From an uncultured Actinomycetota bacterium (GTDB lineage Bacteria; Actinomycetota; Actinomycetes; Actinomycetales; CAWJMD01), in assembly GCA_963843835.1 (NCBI GenBank), contig CAWJMD010000008.1, positions 78,752-142,751 on the forward strand: a stretch of 64,000 nucleotides of DNA. Direction: 5' to 3'. Both the position numbers and the translations under genes were made by a program. The notes beneath the pieces are model-generated. The model was given only the letters and a program-made list of their open reading frames with translations. It made no database searches and was not told where the DNA came from. Shown piece after piece: positions 53,615-62,268 of the stretch (the first letter of the stretch is position 1; each line of letters begins with the position of its first letter).

Positions 53615-53696
53615 TGCGGGAGGCGGGACTCGAACCCGCACGTCCGAAGACACAGGATCCTAAGTCCTGCGTGGCTGCCAGTTACACCACTCCCGC
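53615..53696 (-). tRNA. tRNA-Leu(TAG)
   Basis: Reverse complement GCGGGAG...CAGGA-CT-TAG-GA-TCCTG, long variable arm, GGTTCGAGTCC T-arm. Confidence 0.96.
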
Positions 53697-53757
53697 GCGC
53701 TCCGACACGATACGCGGGCGGTCACGCTGGCACACAGGCCTTCTGAACGAGCTCCGG

Positions 53758-54249
53758 TCACTCCACTGCGAGGTCGCGGCGCAGCTTGGCGACGTGCCCC
53801 GTGGCCTTGACGTTGTACCCCGCGTGCTCGACCTTGCCGTCCGTCCCGACGACCACGGTCGAGCGGATGGTGCCCGTCACGACCTTGCCGTAGCTCGTCT
53901 TCTCGCCCCAGGCGCCGTAGGCGTTCAGCACCGAGCGGTCCACGTCGCTGGCGAGCGGGAAGGTCAGGCCCTCCTTCTCGACGAAGCGGACGAGGGCGTC
54001 GACGGGGTCGGGGCTGATCCCGACCACCGTGTAGCCCGCGGCCTGGAGCGAAGCGAGGCTGTCCCGGAAGTCGCAGGCCTGCGTCGTGCACCCCGGCGTC
54101 ATCGCCGCAGGGTAGAAGTACACGATCACGCGGCTGTCGCTGTGGTCGGAGAGCGTGAAGTCGGTGCCGTCAGCGGTCGGCAGCGTGAAGTCGGGTGCGG
54201 TGTCGCCGACGGCCAGGCGACCGGGCGCGGTCTCGGTGGATGGGGTCAT
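53758..54249 (-). CDS. bcp: Thioredoxin-dependent thiol peroxidase Bcp
   Basis: YFYPAAMTPGCTTQACDFRD, GISPD, YGAWGEK. Confidence 0.96.
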   Translation of the reverse strand: MTPSTETAPGRLAVGDTAPDFTLPTADGTDFTLSDHSDSRVIVYFYPAAMTPGCTTQACDFRDSLASLQAAGYTVVGISPDPVDALVRFVEKEGLTFPLASDVDRSVLNAYGAWGEKTSYGKVVTGTIRSTVVVGTDGKVEHAGYNVKATGHVAKLRRDLAVE

Positions 54250-54313
54250 GGACGCGAGATTACGGGGTACCGGCGGCTGCTCCGCGGGTGGTGCGACACC
54301 GCCGCGTCCGCTC

Positions 54314-54330
54314 TTGCGAACGTGTCGCAA
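54314..54330. promoter_or_regulatory. Nur-box-like palindrome
   Basis: Perfect TTGCGA-N5-TCGCAA, 18 nt upstream of the cbiM/nikM start. Confidence 0.65.
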
Positions 54331-54348
54331 CAACGCGAGACTGACGCG

Positions 54349-55377
54349 GTGCACGTTCCCGACGGGTTCCTCGACGTCCCGACCTCGGTCGCGACGGGCG
54401 TCGTGGCCGCGACCGCCATCGGACTGGCGCTGCGACGCAGCGACTCAGAGCTGCGCGAGTCGGGAGCCCCGCTCGCGGGGCTGACCGCGGTCTTCGTGTT
54501 CGCGGTGCAGATGGTGAACTTCCCGGTCGGGGTGGGCACGAGCGGGCACCTGCTGGGCGGGGTGCTCGCGGCGGTGCTCGTCGGGCCGTGGACCGCGGTG
54601 CTGTGCCTGTCCGTCGTGTTCGTGGTGCAGGCGCTGGTCTTCGCCGACGGCGGGCTCACCGCACTCGGGACGAACATCACCCTTCTGGCAGTTGTCACGG
54701 TCCTGGTCGGCTACGCCGTCACTCGGGTCGCTCTGGCCCTCCTGCCGAGGCGTCCCGCCAGTGTCGTCCCGGCAAGCGCCGTCGGCGCCTTCCTGTCGCT
54801 GCCCGCGGCGGCGGGGGTCTTCGTCGTGCTCTACGCCGTCGGCGGGGCCGTCGAGATCCCGCTGGCCACCCTGACCGCCGCCATGCTCGGCTGGCACGTG
54901 CTCATCGGCGTCGGGGAGGCCGTGATCACCGCAGCCGTCGTCGGGGCGCTGGTGGCGACACGCCCCGACCTGGTCCACGCCGCGCGCGGTCTCACTCCGC
55001 GTCTCGTTCTCGTCGACGCGACCGGCCGGGAGGTCGAGGCCACCGACCACGGTGCCGGGCCGTCGCCCGCCGGGACGCGTGGGCGCCGCGGACCACTGAC
55101 GGCGCTCGCCGCCGTCAGCGTCGTGGTGGCCGGGATGCTCTCGGTCGTGGCCTCCACGAGCCCGGACGGTCTCGAGTCGGTGGCCACCCAGCTCGGTTTC
55201 GGCTCGACCGCGCTCGCCTCCGCCACGGCGGCCTCACCCCTGTCCGGGTACACGGTGGCAGGCATCGACGGTGCCGCGCTGGGCACCGGACTGGCCGGGG
55301 TGGTCGGGCTCCTGCTCACAGGCCTCGCCGCGGTGGCGGTCCTCCGCCTGGCGCGCCGCCGTCGCGCCGAGGTCTGA
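54349..55377 (+). CDS. cbiM: ECF Ni/Co transporter substrate component (CbiM/NikM fused to a PDGLE/NikN-like domain)
   Basis: Metal-binding N-terminus MHVPDGFL, QMVNFPV, SGHLLGG; C-terminal SPDGLE motif. Confidence 0.92.
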   Translation: MHVPDGFLDVPTSVATGVVAATAIGLALRRSDSELRESGAPLAGLTAVFVFAVQMVNFPVGVGTSGHLLGGVLAAVLVGPWTAVLCLSVVFVVQALVFADGGLTALGTNITLLAVVTVLVGYAVTRVALALLPRRPASVVPASAVGAFLSLPAAAGVFVVLYAVGGAVEIPLATLTAAMLGWHVLIGVGEAVITAAVVGALVATRPDLVHAARGLTPRLVLVDATGREVEATDHGAGPSPAGTRGRRGPLTALAAVSVVVAGMLSVVASTSPDGLESVATQLGFGSTALASATAASPLSGYTVAGIDGAALGTGLAGVVGLLLTGLAAVAVLRLARRRRAEV

Positions 55378-55387
55378 GGGTCTACGC

Positions 55388-56146
55388 GTGGGCACCGCGC
55401 ACGAGGGCCTGTACGTGGACCGCGACACGATCGTCCACCGCCTGCCCGCGCACCCGAAGGTGGTGGCGGCCATCGCGTTCGTCGTGGTCGTGGTAGCCAC
55501 CCCTCAGGGTCGGTGGGCGGCGTACGCCGGGTACCTGGCCCTGATCCTGGGCGTGCTCGCCCTGGCGCGGGTGCCGGCCCCGGTCGTGCTGCGCCGGATG
55601 GTGGTCGAGCTGCCGTTCGTCGCGTTCTCCCTGCTGCTGCCGGTGGTGGCCGCCGGCCCACGCGTCGACGTGATGGGCGTGTCACTGTCGTCCGCCGGGA
55701 TCGTGGGCGGAGCCACGCTGCTGCTGAAGGCGACCCTCGGCGTCGTCACCGGCATCACCCTCGCGGCCACCACCTCGGCCCGCGATCTCCTGGCAGGCCT
55801 CGACCGACTACGGGTACCGCGTCAGCTGGTCTCGATCGCAGGCTTCATGGTGCGGTACGCGACCGTGGTGACCGGCGACCTCCAGAGGATGCGGATCGCC
55901 CGCGCTGCAAGGGGCTTCACCGGTGGACAGATCGGCCACCTGAGGATCGAGGCCGCCGGGGTCGGTTCGCTGTTCGTCCGCAGCTACGAGCGCGGGGAGC
56001 GGGTGCACCGCTCCATGCTCTCCCGCGGCTACACCGGGAGGATGCCTGTGCTGGCGGGGCGGTCGGCCGGTCCCGTCCAGTGGGTGGCCTGTGCCGCGCT
56101 GCCCGCAGCGGCTGCGGCAGTGGCGATCTCGGCGATGGCGACATGA
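55388..56146 (+). CDS. cbiQ: ECF transporter T component CbiQ/NikQ
   Basis: VHRLPAHPKV, FMVRY, ARGF, RSYERGERVHRSMLSRGY. Confidence 0.92.
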   Translation: MGTAHEGLYVDRDTIVHRLPAHPKVVAAIAFVVVVVATPQGRWAAYAGYLALILGVLALARVPAPVVLRRMVVELPFVAFSLLLPVVAAGPRVDVMGVSLSSAGIVGGATLLLKATLGVVTGITLAATTSARDLLAGLDRLRVPRQLVSIAGFMVRYATVVTGDLQRMRIARAARGFTGGQIGHLRIEAAGVGSLFVRSYERGERVHRSMLSRGYTGRMPVLAGRSAGPVQWVACAALPAAAAAVAISAMAT

Positions 56147-56964
56147 GCGACCGGACGCCGCGGGATGGTGGGCCCGTGGCTCGTGTGGAGCAGCTGACCT
56201 TCGCGTACCCCGACGGGCGGCAGGTGCTGTTCGGCGTCGACCTGGAGCTGCGCGCGGGGGAGCGGGTCGCCCTGCTCGGACCGAACGGGGCGGGGAAGAC
56301 GACGCTGGTGCTGCACCTCAACGGCATCCTCGGACCGGGCACGGGCGGGTACGGCTCGGGTGCCGTGACCATCGACGGCCTGCCGGTGGCCAGAGAGCAC
56401 CTGCCCGAGGTACGTCGGCGCGTGGGCCTGGTGTTCCAGGACCCCGACGACCAGCTGTTCATGCCCACGGTCGCCGACGACGTCGGGTTCGGCCCGGCGA
56501 ACCTCGGTGTGCACGGCGCCGAGCTCGGCGCACGCGTCGACCAGGCCCTGGCCCTGGTCGGCATGCAGCACGTGGCGGACCGCCCGCCCCACCACCTGTC
56601 GTTCGGTCAGCGCCGACGGGTCGCGCTCGCCACGGTGCTGGTGTCCGACCCCCGGCTGCTGGTGCTCGACGAGCCGTCCAGCAACCTCGACCCGGCCAGC
56701 CGTCGCGAGCTGGCCGACATCCTGACCGGTCTCGACACGACCCTGCTGATGGTCACCCACGACCTCCCCTACGCGCTGCAGCTGTGCCCGAGGGCCGTCC
56801 TCCTCGACGAGGGCAGGGTCGTGGCCGACGGTCCCACGCGCGAGCTGCTCAGCGACGCGGAGCTGATGCGGGCGCACAGGCTGGAGCTCCCGTACGGCTT
56901 CGACCCGCTGTCGGTGCCGGGCGCCGACGGGTTCGAGGGGGCAGCGCCGGAGCGGTCACGATAG
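56143..56964 (+). CDS. cbiO: ECF transporter ATPase CbiO/NikO
   Basis: GPNGAGKTT, VFQDPDDQLF, LSFGQRRR, LDEPSSNLD. Confidence 0.93.
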   Translation: MSDRTPRDGGPVARVEQLTFAYPDGRQVLFGVDLELRAGERVALLGPNGAGKTTLVLHLNGILGPGTGGYGSGAVTIDGLPVAREHLPEVRRRVGLVFQDPDDQLFMPTVADDVGFGPANLGVHGAELGARVDQALALVGMQHVADRPPHHLSFGQRRRVALATVLVSDPRLLVLDEPSSNLDPASRRELADILTGLDTTLLMVTHDLPYALQLCPRAVLLDEGRVVADGPTRELLSDAELMRAHRLELPYGFDPLSVPGADGFEGAAPERSR

Positions 56965-56996
56965 TTTCGTCCCTCGGCACCCGACGGAGGAGACAC

Positions 56997-57311
56997 ATGA
57001 GTGGCGACCAGGACACCCAGGGCACCGCGCCGGTCCCTTCCGCGTCCGCCGACGCGTTGCAGGCCGAGATCACCGCTCGGCAGGAGCGTCTCGCGGCGAC
57101 GGTCGACGAGCTCGCCGCACGCGTGCACCCCAAGGAGGTCCTGCGGCGAGGTGCGGCCGACGGCAAGGAGAAGGCCGCCGACGCGCAGGCGAAGGTGCGC
57201 GAGGTGCTGACCGACGAGAAGGGCAACCCGCGGATCGAGCGGATCGCCGCCGTGAGCGCGGCTGCCGCGGCCATCGTCGGTGCGCTGATCTGGCGGCGGT
57301 CGCGGGGCTGA
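56997..57311 (+). CDS. DUF3618-family protein
   Basis: LQAEITARQERLAATVDELAARVHP and a C-terminal TM helix; GGAGG RBS. Confidence 0.82.
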   Translation: MSGDQDTQGTAPVPSASADALQAEITARQERLAATVDELAARVHPKEVLRRGAADGKEKAADAQAKVREVLTDEKGNPRIERIAAVSAAAAAIVGALIWRRSRG

Positions 57312-57350
57312 CCGCCGAGGTGGACCGCCTCCTGCCGGTACGGTCCTGAC

Positions 57351-57689
57351 GTGACGTCACGAGGTCAGACCGCGGGGAGCCTGCCGATCCGGATGCTCCA
57401 CGACCGGGTCCTCGTGTCGACGGCCGAGGAGTCCGGCGAGCGGCGCTCGAGCGCCGGCATCGTGATCCCCGCCACCGCGTCGGTGGGGAAGCGGATGGCC
57501 TGGGGCGCCGTGGTCGCCACGGGACAGCACGTCCGGCAGGTGAAGATCGGGGACCGGGTCCTCTTCGACCCCGAGGACCGGGGCGAGGTGGAGATGTCCG
57601 GGTCCGCCTACGTCCTCCTGCGTGAGCGCGACCTGCACGCGGTCGCCGACCCGCCAGGTGAGTCCGAGCAGACGGGCCTGTACCTCTGA
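57351..57689 (+). CDS. groES: Orphan GroES-like co-chaperonin
   Basis: PIRMLHDRVLV, SSAGIVIPATA, VKIGDRVLF, LLRERDLHAV; no groEL adjacent. Confidence 0.82.
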   Translation: MTSRGQTAGSLPIRMLHDRVLVSTAEESGERRSSAGIVIPATASVGKRMAWGAVVATGQHVRQVKIGDRVLFDPEDRGEVEMSGSAYVLLRERDLHAVADPPGESEQTGLYL

Positions 57690-57757
57690 GCACCGGCGGG
57701 GACCGACGGAACGCCCGCTACACGCCTCTGGAGGCGGACGGTCCGCTCCCCGCGGAC

Positions 57758-59053
57758 ATGATGCGGGCAGTGCCGGCGATCCGGCGGGACCCGGTCGCCT
57801 ACCTCGCACGGACGGTCGAGCGCTACGGCGACATGGTGGCCTTCCCGCTGCCGCGCAACGCTGTGCTGCTCGTCAACCGGCCCGCCTCCGCGTGGCAGGT
57901 GCTCGCGGCGGGGGAGCGCGGCTGGTCGAAGCGCACGCCCCAGTACGGGGCGCTCGCGGCCGTGACCGGCAGCGGGCTGCTCACCAGCGACGGCCCGGCG
58001 TGGCGCGAGCGCCGCAGGATGTCGCAGCCCGCCTACGGCCGCGGCTGTCTCGACGCGGTCGCGACCGCCTCGGTGCGAGCGGGGCGCTCGGTGGCCGAGC
58101 AGGCACCCGCCGGCGGTGGCGTGGTCGACGTCGAGAAGGCTCTGCTCGGCGCCACCCTCGACGTGGTCGCCGAGGCCCTGTTCGGCAGCACGGCGGTCGA
58201 CGACGGCCGACGCCTGGTGCGTGCTGTGCTGGACGCCCTCGACGTGGTCGTGGCCCGAGTCCGCACACCGGTCCCCGTCCCGCGCTGGGCCCCGACCCCG
58301 GGCAACCTGCGGACCCGGCGAGCGGTCCAGGCCCTGGACGAGACCTGCGCCGCGCTCGTGGCAGGGCGCCGCAGAGCGGTCGCCCGGGGCGCCCCTGCCG
58401 GGGAGGACCTGCTCGGGGTGCTGCTCGCGGCGGTCGACGACGGGGCGCTGAGCCCGACCGGCCTGCGGGACGAGCTCGTGACCACGGTCATCGCCGGGCA
58501 CGAGACGGTCGCCACCTCGCTGGCCTGGACCCTGGACATGCTGGCCCGCCATCGGGACGTCCAGGCGTCGGTGCAGGCCGAGGTCGACGCCGTCCCCGCC
58601 CTGGGATGGGACGCGCTGGCCCGGCTGCCCCTGACACGTGCCGTGGTCGACGAGGTCCTGCGCATCTACCCGCCCGCCTGGGTCATCACCCGGCGCGCGA
58701 CCGACGACCACGACCTCGACGGCCTCGCGGTGCCGGCCGGCACGCTCGTCATCATCAGCCCCTGGCTCCTGCACCGTGGGGAGGCGTTCAGCGACCCGGA
58801 GCGGTTCGACCCGGGACGCTTCGCCCCGGGCGCACCGACGCCACCGCGCGGCACCTACCTTCCGTTCGGGGGCGGGCCGCGGCTGTGCATCGGACGGGAG
58901 GTCGCCCTCGCCGAGTCGGTGCTGCTGCTCGCCTCGTTGCTGCGCAGCCACCGCGTCGACGAGGTCCGTCCGGGCTCGCCCCCCACCCCGACGAACGCCC
59001 TGGTGACGCTGCGCCCCGCCGGTGGGCTGCCGCTCGTCCTGAGCCCCCGCTGA
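57758..59053 (+). CDS. Cytochrome P450
   Basis: AGHETVA I-helix, EVLR (ExxR), FDPGRF, heme motif FGGGPRLCIG. Confidence 0.94.
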   Translation: MMRAVPAIRRDPVAYLARTVERYGDMVAFPLPRNAVLLVNRPASAWQVLAAGERGWSKRTPQYGALAAVTGSGLLTSDGPAWRERRRMSQPAYGRGCLDAVATASVRAGRSVAEQAPAGGGVVDVEKALLGATLDVVAEALFGSTAVDDGRRLVRAVLDALDVVVARVRTPVPVPRWAPTPGNLRTRRAVQALDETCAALVAGRRRAVARGAPAGEDLLGVLLAAVDDGALSPTGLRDELVTTVIAGHETVATSLAWTLDMLARHRDVQASVQAEVDAVPALGWDALARLPLTRAVVDEVLRIYPPAWVITRRATDDHDLDGLAVPAGTLVIISPWLLHRGEAFSDPERFDPGRFAPGAPTPPRGTYLPFGGGPRLCIGREVALAESVLLLASLLRSHRVDEVRPGSPPTPTNALVTLRPAGGLPLVLSPR

Positions 59054-59156
59054 CGCGAGCCGTGCCGCCCGGGCCCACCGGCCGATATCCGATTTCACCC
59101 GATCGTCCCCTAAGGTGGCCCGGACGTTCGGGGGGACCTCCACCGATAGGACGGCG

Positions 59157-59696
59157 ATGGTCAGCACCACCAGGGGGCAGCGGCGCCGCGTGCCGCAGTC
59201 CCCGCGCAGGGAAGCCCGCGTGCGCCGCAGCACGTGGAGCCGGTCGGCGGTCGTGCTCACGGTCGCCGGCGCCGCCACGCTCGTGGCGGGAGTCGTGTCG
59301 CTGCAGGCGCTCGGTGCAGCCGACGCCGGCGGACCCGGACCACGATCCGACCCCCGGGCGGCGCAGGTCACCGTGATCGAGCCGTCGATCAGCGCCACGT
59401 CGTCCGCGGCGACAGGGCCGGCCCCCGGGGTCACCACAGCGGAGGGGACGGAACCGCCCGCGACCTCGTCGACGACCACCAGCTCGGCCGCCGCGCCGAC
59501 CTCGTCCTCCGCGCCCGCCCCGACGTCGTCGGTGGCGCCCGTGGCGCCCATCGTGCCCCCGCCCGTCGGCCGGCCGACGTCCGCGCCCCCGAGCTCGGGG
59601 TCCCCGCCCTCGGGGTCCCCGACCTCCAAGCCGCCGTCCTCGCCCCCGCCGTCGGGAGGTCCGATCCTCTGCATCCCGGCCGTGATGGCCTGCTGA
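59157..59696 (+). CDS. Hypothetical single-TM Ser/Thr/Pro-rich protein
   Basis: Basic N-terminus, TM segment AVVLTVAGAATLVAGVVSL, low-complexity body, C-terminus GPILCIPAVMAC. Confidence 0.6.
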   Translation: MVSTTRGQRRRVPQSPRREARVRRSTWSRSAVVLTVAGAATLVAGVVSLQALGAADAGGPGPRSDPRAAQVTVIEPSISATSSAATGPAPGVTTAEGTEPPATSSTTTSSAAAPTSSSAPAPTSSVAPVAPIVPPPVGRPTSAPPSSGSPPSGSPTSKPPSSPPPSGGPILCIPAVMAC

Positions 59697-59792
59697 TGGC
59701 CTGTGGCCTCCGTCCACGACGCGGCCTGATCGGGGCTCGTCACCGGGAACGACTCAGGGCGTCCACCCGGAGGTGAACGCCCTGGTCAGAGG

Positions 59793-59868
<76 letters not shown>

Positions 59869-59929
59869 AACGACGGAGAACTCTAACAGCGCCTCGCCGG
59901 TGGGACGAAATCGTCGCGTTCCCGGGCGG

Positions 59930-60286
59930 TCAGGGCTGCGTCTGCTCCTCGTCACCCTCGTCGCCCTCGTCGCCCTCGTCGCCCTCGTCGTCCTCGCCGG
60001 TCCCGTCGCCGAGGTCCTTGCCCACCGAGCCCAGGTCCCCGTCGCCCTCGGCGACCCACCAGGAGTCGGCGGGTACGCCCTCGTTCTCCAGGATCTCCTC
60101 GGACGCCGGTCCCTCGGGGCTGGTCAGGTCGACGATCAACGAGAGCGGCACGTGCTCCGAGAGCAGCCCCATCACCTGACGGTCGTCGTCGTCGGCGGCG
60201 GCGCCCGCTGCGTCGGCCGCGGCGTCCTCGCCGTTGGACGTCTCCGGGTCCTGCGGACGCGTCTGGTCCGCTCCGTCGCTGCTCAT
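59930..60286 (-). CDS. Small, highly acidic hypothetical protein
   Basis: GGAGG RBS; core LLSEHVPLSLIVDL; (DEG)n tail. Confidence 0.6.
   Translation of the reverse strand: MSSDGADQTRPQDPETSNGEDAAADAAGAAADDDDRQVMGLLSEHVPLSLIVDLTSPEGPASEEILENEGVPADSWWVAEGDGDLGSVGKDLGDGTGEDDEGDEGDEGDEGDEEQTQP
59948..59992 (-). repeat. 9-bp coding tandem repeat (DEG)n
   Basis: About 5 copies of CTCGTCGCC on the + strand. Confidence 0.8.
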
Positions 60287-60360
60287 GAGTCCTCCGATGT
60301 CCGGACAGCTCACCGTCCGGTGGTTCCCCGTTGCGGGTCGTTCTCGGCGGCACAATACGG

Positions 60361-60399
60361 CAGGCCCCCCGTCCGTGGGGGGACCACGGCGGGGGGCCT
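60361..60399. terminator. Long hairpin downstream of the secreted protein gene
   Basis: CAGGCCCCCCG(T)CCGTGG-GGGA-CCACGGCGGGGGGCCTG, 17-bp stem with one bulge. Confidence 0.65.
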
Positions 60400-60461
60400 G
60401 GCGCCGTTGGCGGGTGAGACCGCGGGCGCCCCGACCGCATCGGGAGGTGCTGAGCGCTCAG

Positions 60462-60905
60462 TCAGAGGCGGATGGTCTTTGTCGCGCCACAGTCGAGAAC
60501 GACCCGCTGGCTCGGCGCATCGGCCCACTCGCCGATGCAGGCCCGCATCTTGTACACGGCGTTCTCGGGCAGGTTGCCGAGGTTGTCCGAGTTGCTGGTG
60601 TTCTTGCCGGTCCGGACCCAGACGCGCTTCTTCTCGCCCGGCTTGCCGTCGGGCCAGTACTCGACGATGGCGCTGTGGCCGTCGGCGAGGTCGTCCGTGA
60701 TCGAGATGCGGTCCGGGTCGTCCTCGTACAGCGCCCACGCGGCCGACAGGCCCACCCCGTCGGACGTGCAGTTGTTCGATCCGGCCTGGGTCACGGAGCA
60801 GTGGGCCGTGTACGACTCGGCCGCCGCCGGGCCGACACCCAGCGGACCCAGCAGGAGCATCGTCGTTGCGCCAGCGATACCCCAGACCCCACGGTTGTAC
60901 TTCAT
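60462..60905 (-). CDS. Secreted hypothetical protein (4 Cys)
   Basis: Signal peptide ending PAAA-ES; AAGGGGGAA RBS; Cys pairs at the N- and C-termini of the mature chain. Confidence 0.8.
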   Translation of the reverse strand: MKYNRGVWGIAGATTMLLLGPLGVGPAAAESYTAHCSVTQAGSNNCTSDGVGLSAAWALYEDDPDRISITDDLADGHSAIVEYWPDGKPGEKKRVWVRTGKNTSNSDNLGNLPENAVYKMRACIGEWADAPSQRVVLDCGATKTIRL

Positions 60906-60965
60906 GGCTTCCCCCTTCGTAGTGTGACAAGTGGGGGAAACGTAGCGGATCAGGCGAAAGGGGCG

Positions 60966-62268
60966 TCACACCTGCAGGCGGGTCAGCGCGTCGTGGGCTG
61001 CGACAGGCCCCGGCAGGCTCACCAGCTCGTCCCTGAGTGCCTCGGCTCGGGCGCGCGGACGGCCGCCGAGCACGTGCCGCACCGCGGCCGCGAGGTCGCC
61101 CCGCAGGGCGGCGTTCGGGTCGAGGGCCACACCCAACCCGGCCTCCTCGAGGGCCGCGGCACCGGCGAACTGGTCGGTCGAGAAGGGCAGCGCCACGACG
61201 GGGACCCCGCTGGTCAGCGCCTCCGTCACCGTGTTGTTGCCGGCGTGGCTGACCACGGCCGCCGCGTGCGCCAGGATCGCGACCTGGGGCAGGTGGCCGC
61301 GCACCAGCCAGGACGGGGGCAGCGTTCCCCACGAGGACGTGTCGGCCGACCCGGTCGCGAGCGCGACCCGGACGTCGAGCGGGCGCAGCGCCTCGACGAC
61401 GCGGCCGAGGACGTCACCACGTGCGGACAGGAACGAGCCGAAGGCCACCATCACGACTGGCCGGGCGTCGGCCTCCAGCCACTCCGCGACGTCGTCGGGT
61501 GCCTGCTCCTCCCGCACCGACGACCCGAGGAAGGCGTGCCGCGGGAGCAAGGACGTCCTCGCCGGTGGGTGCAGCGCGGCCGGGTAGTTGAGCAACAGGA
61601 CCTCGCCGTGCCGGGTGAACGCGTCGTCGACCGCCGGCGCCTGCGGGGCCAGCCGCGCGAGCGTCTCGTTCCACTGCACGGTGAATGCGTCCCGCACCTC
61701 GCGGCACCGAGCGTGGAGCGCCGCCAGGGCGTCGGGGTCGGGGTCGAAGCCGCGGGGCCACGCGGTGGGGTAGCCGTACACCTCGTCGCCCACCGGCAGC
61801 GCGCACGGGTGACCCAGCACCACGTCGGCGTGCGGGCACCTCGGCGGCCTGCAGGGCGAGTCGTGCGCTGAAGGCGAGGTGGTCGACGACCACGTGGTCC
61901 GGCTGCACGTCCTCGAGCACCGCCAGCACGGCCCGGGCGGTCGCCACGGGCTCCCACAGCAGGTCGGTGCTACGGGCGTCGGCCTGGAAGCGGAGCGTCT
62001 CGACCATGCCGCGGCGGGTGGCGTCGAAGAACCCGCGCAGTGCCGCGTCCTCGTCGCGCACCTGCTCCTCCGGCCGGATCACGCCCGGGTTGGACCCGCG
62101 GCCGAGGCGGAGGTCGACCCGCCGGTACCCGAAGCCCTCGACGACTGGCCCGGTGGCGGGGCCGGTGGCGACCACCACCTCGTCCCCGGCGTCGCGCCAG
62201 GCCGTGGCCAGGGTCGCGAGCGGGAGCACGTGCGAGGCGTAGTCGGGGCTGATGACGAGCAGGGTCAT
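60966..62268 (-). CDS. GT1 / UDP-glycosyltransferase (MGT-like) (apparent +1 frameshift at 61834-61836)
   Basis: MTLLVISPDYASHVLP start; LPQVAILAHAAAVVSHAGNNTVTEALTSGVPVVALPFSTDQ UGT signature. Removing one base gives VPHADVVLGHP. Confidence 0.85.

Noticed and set aside
54250-54348. Cobalamin riboswitch upstream of cbiM
   Set aside because: The gap is only 99 bp and lacks B12-box features; the palindrome fits a protein operator better.
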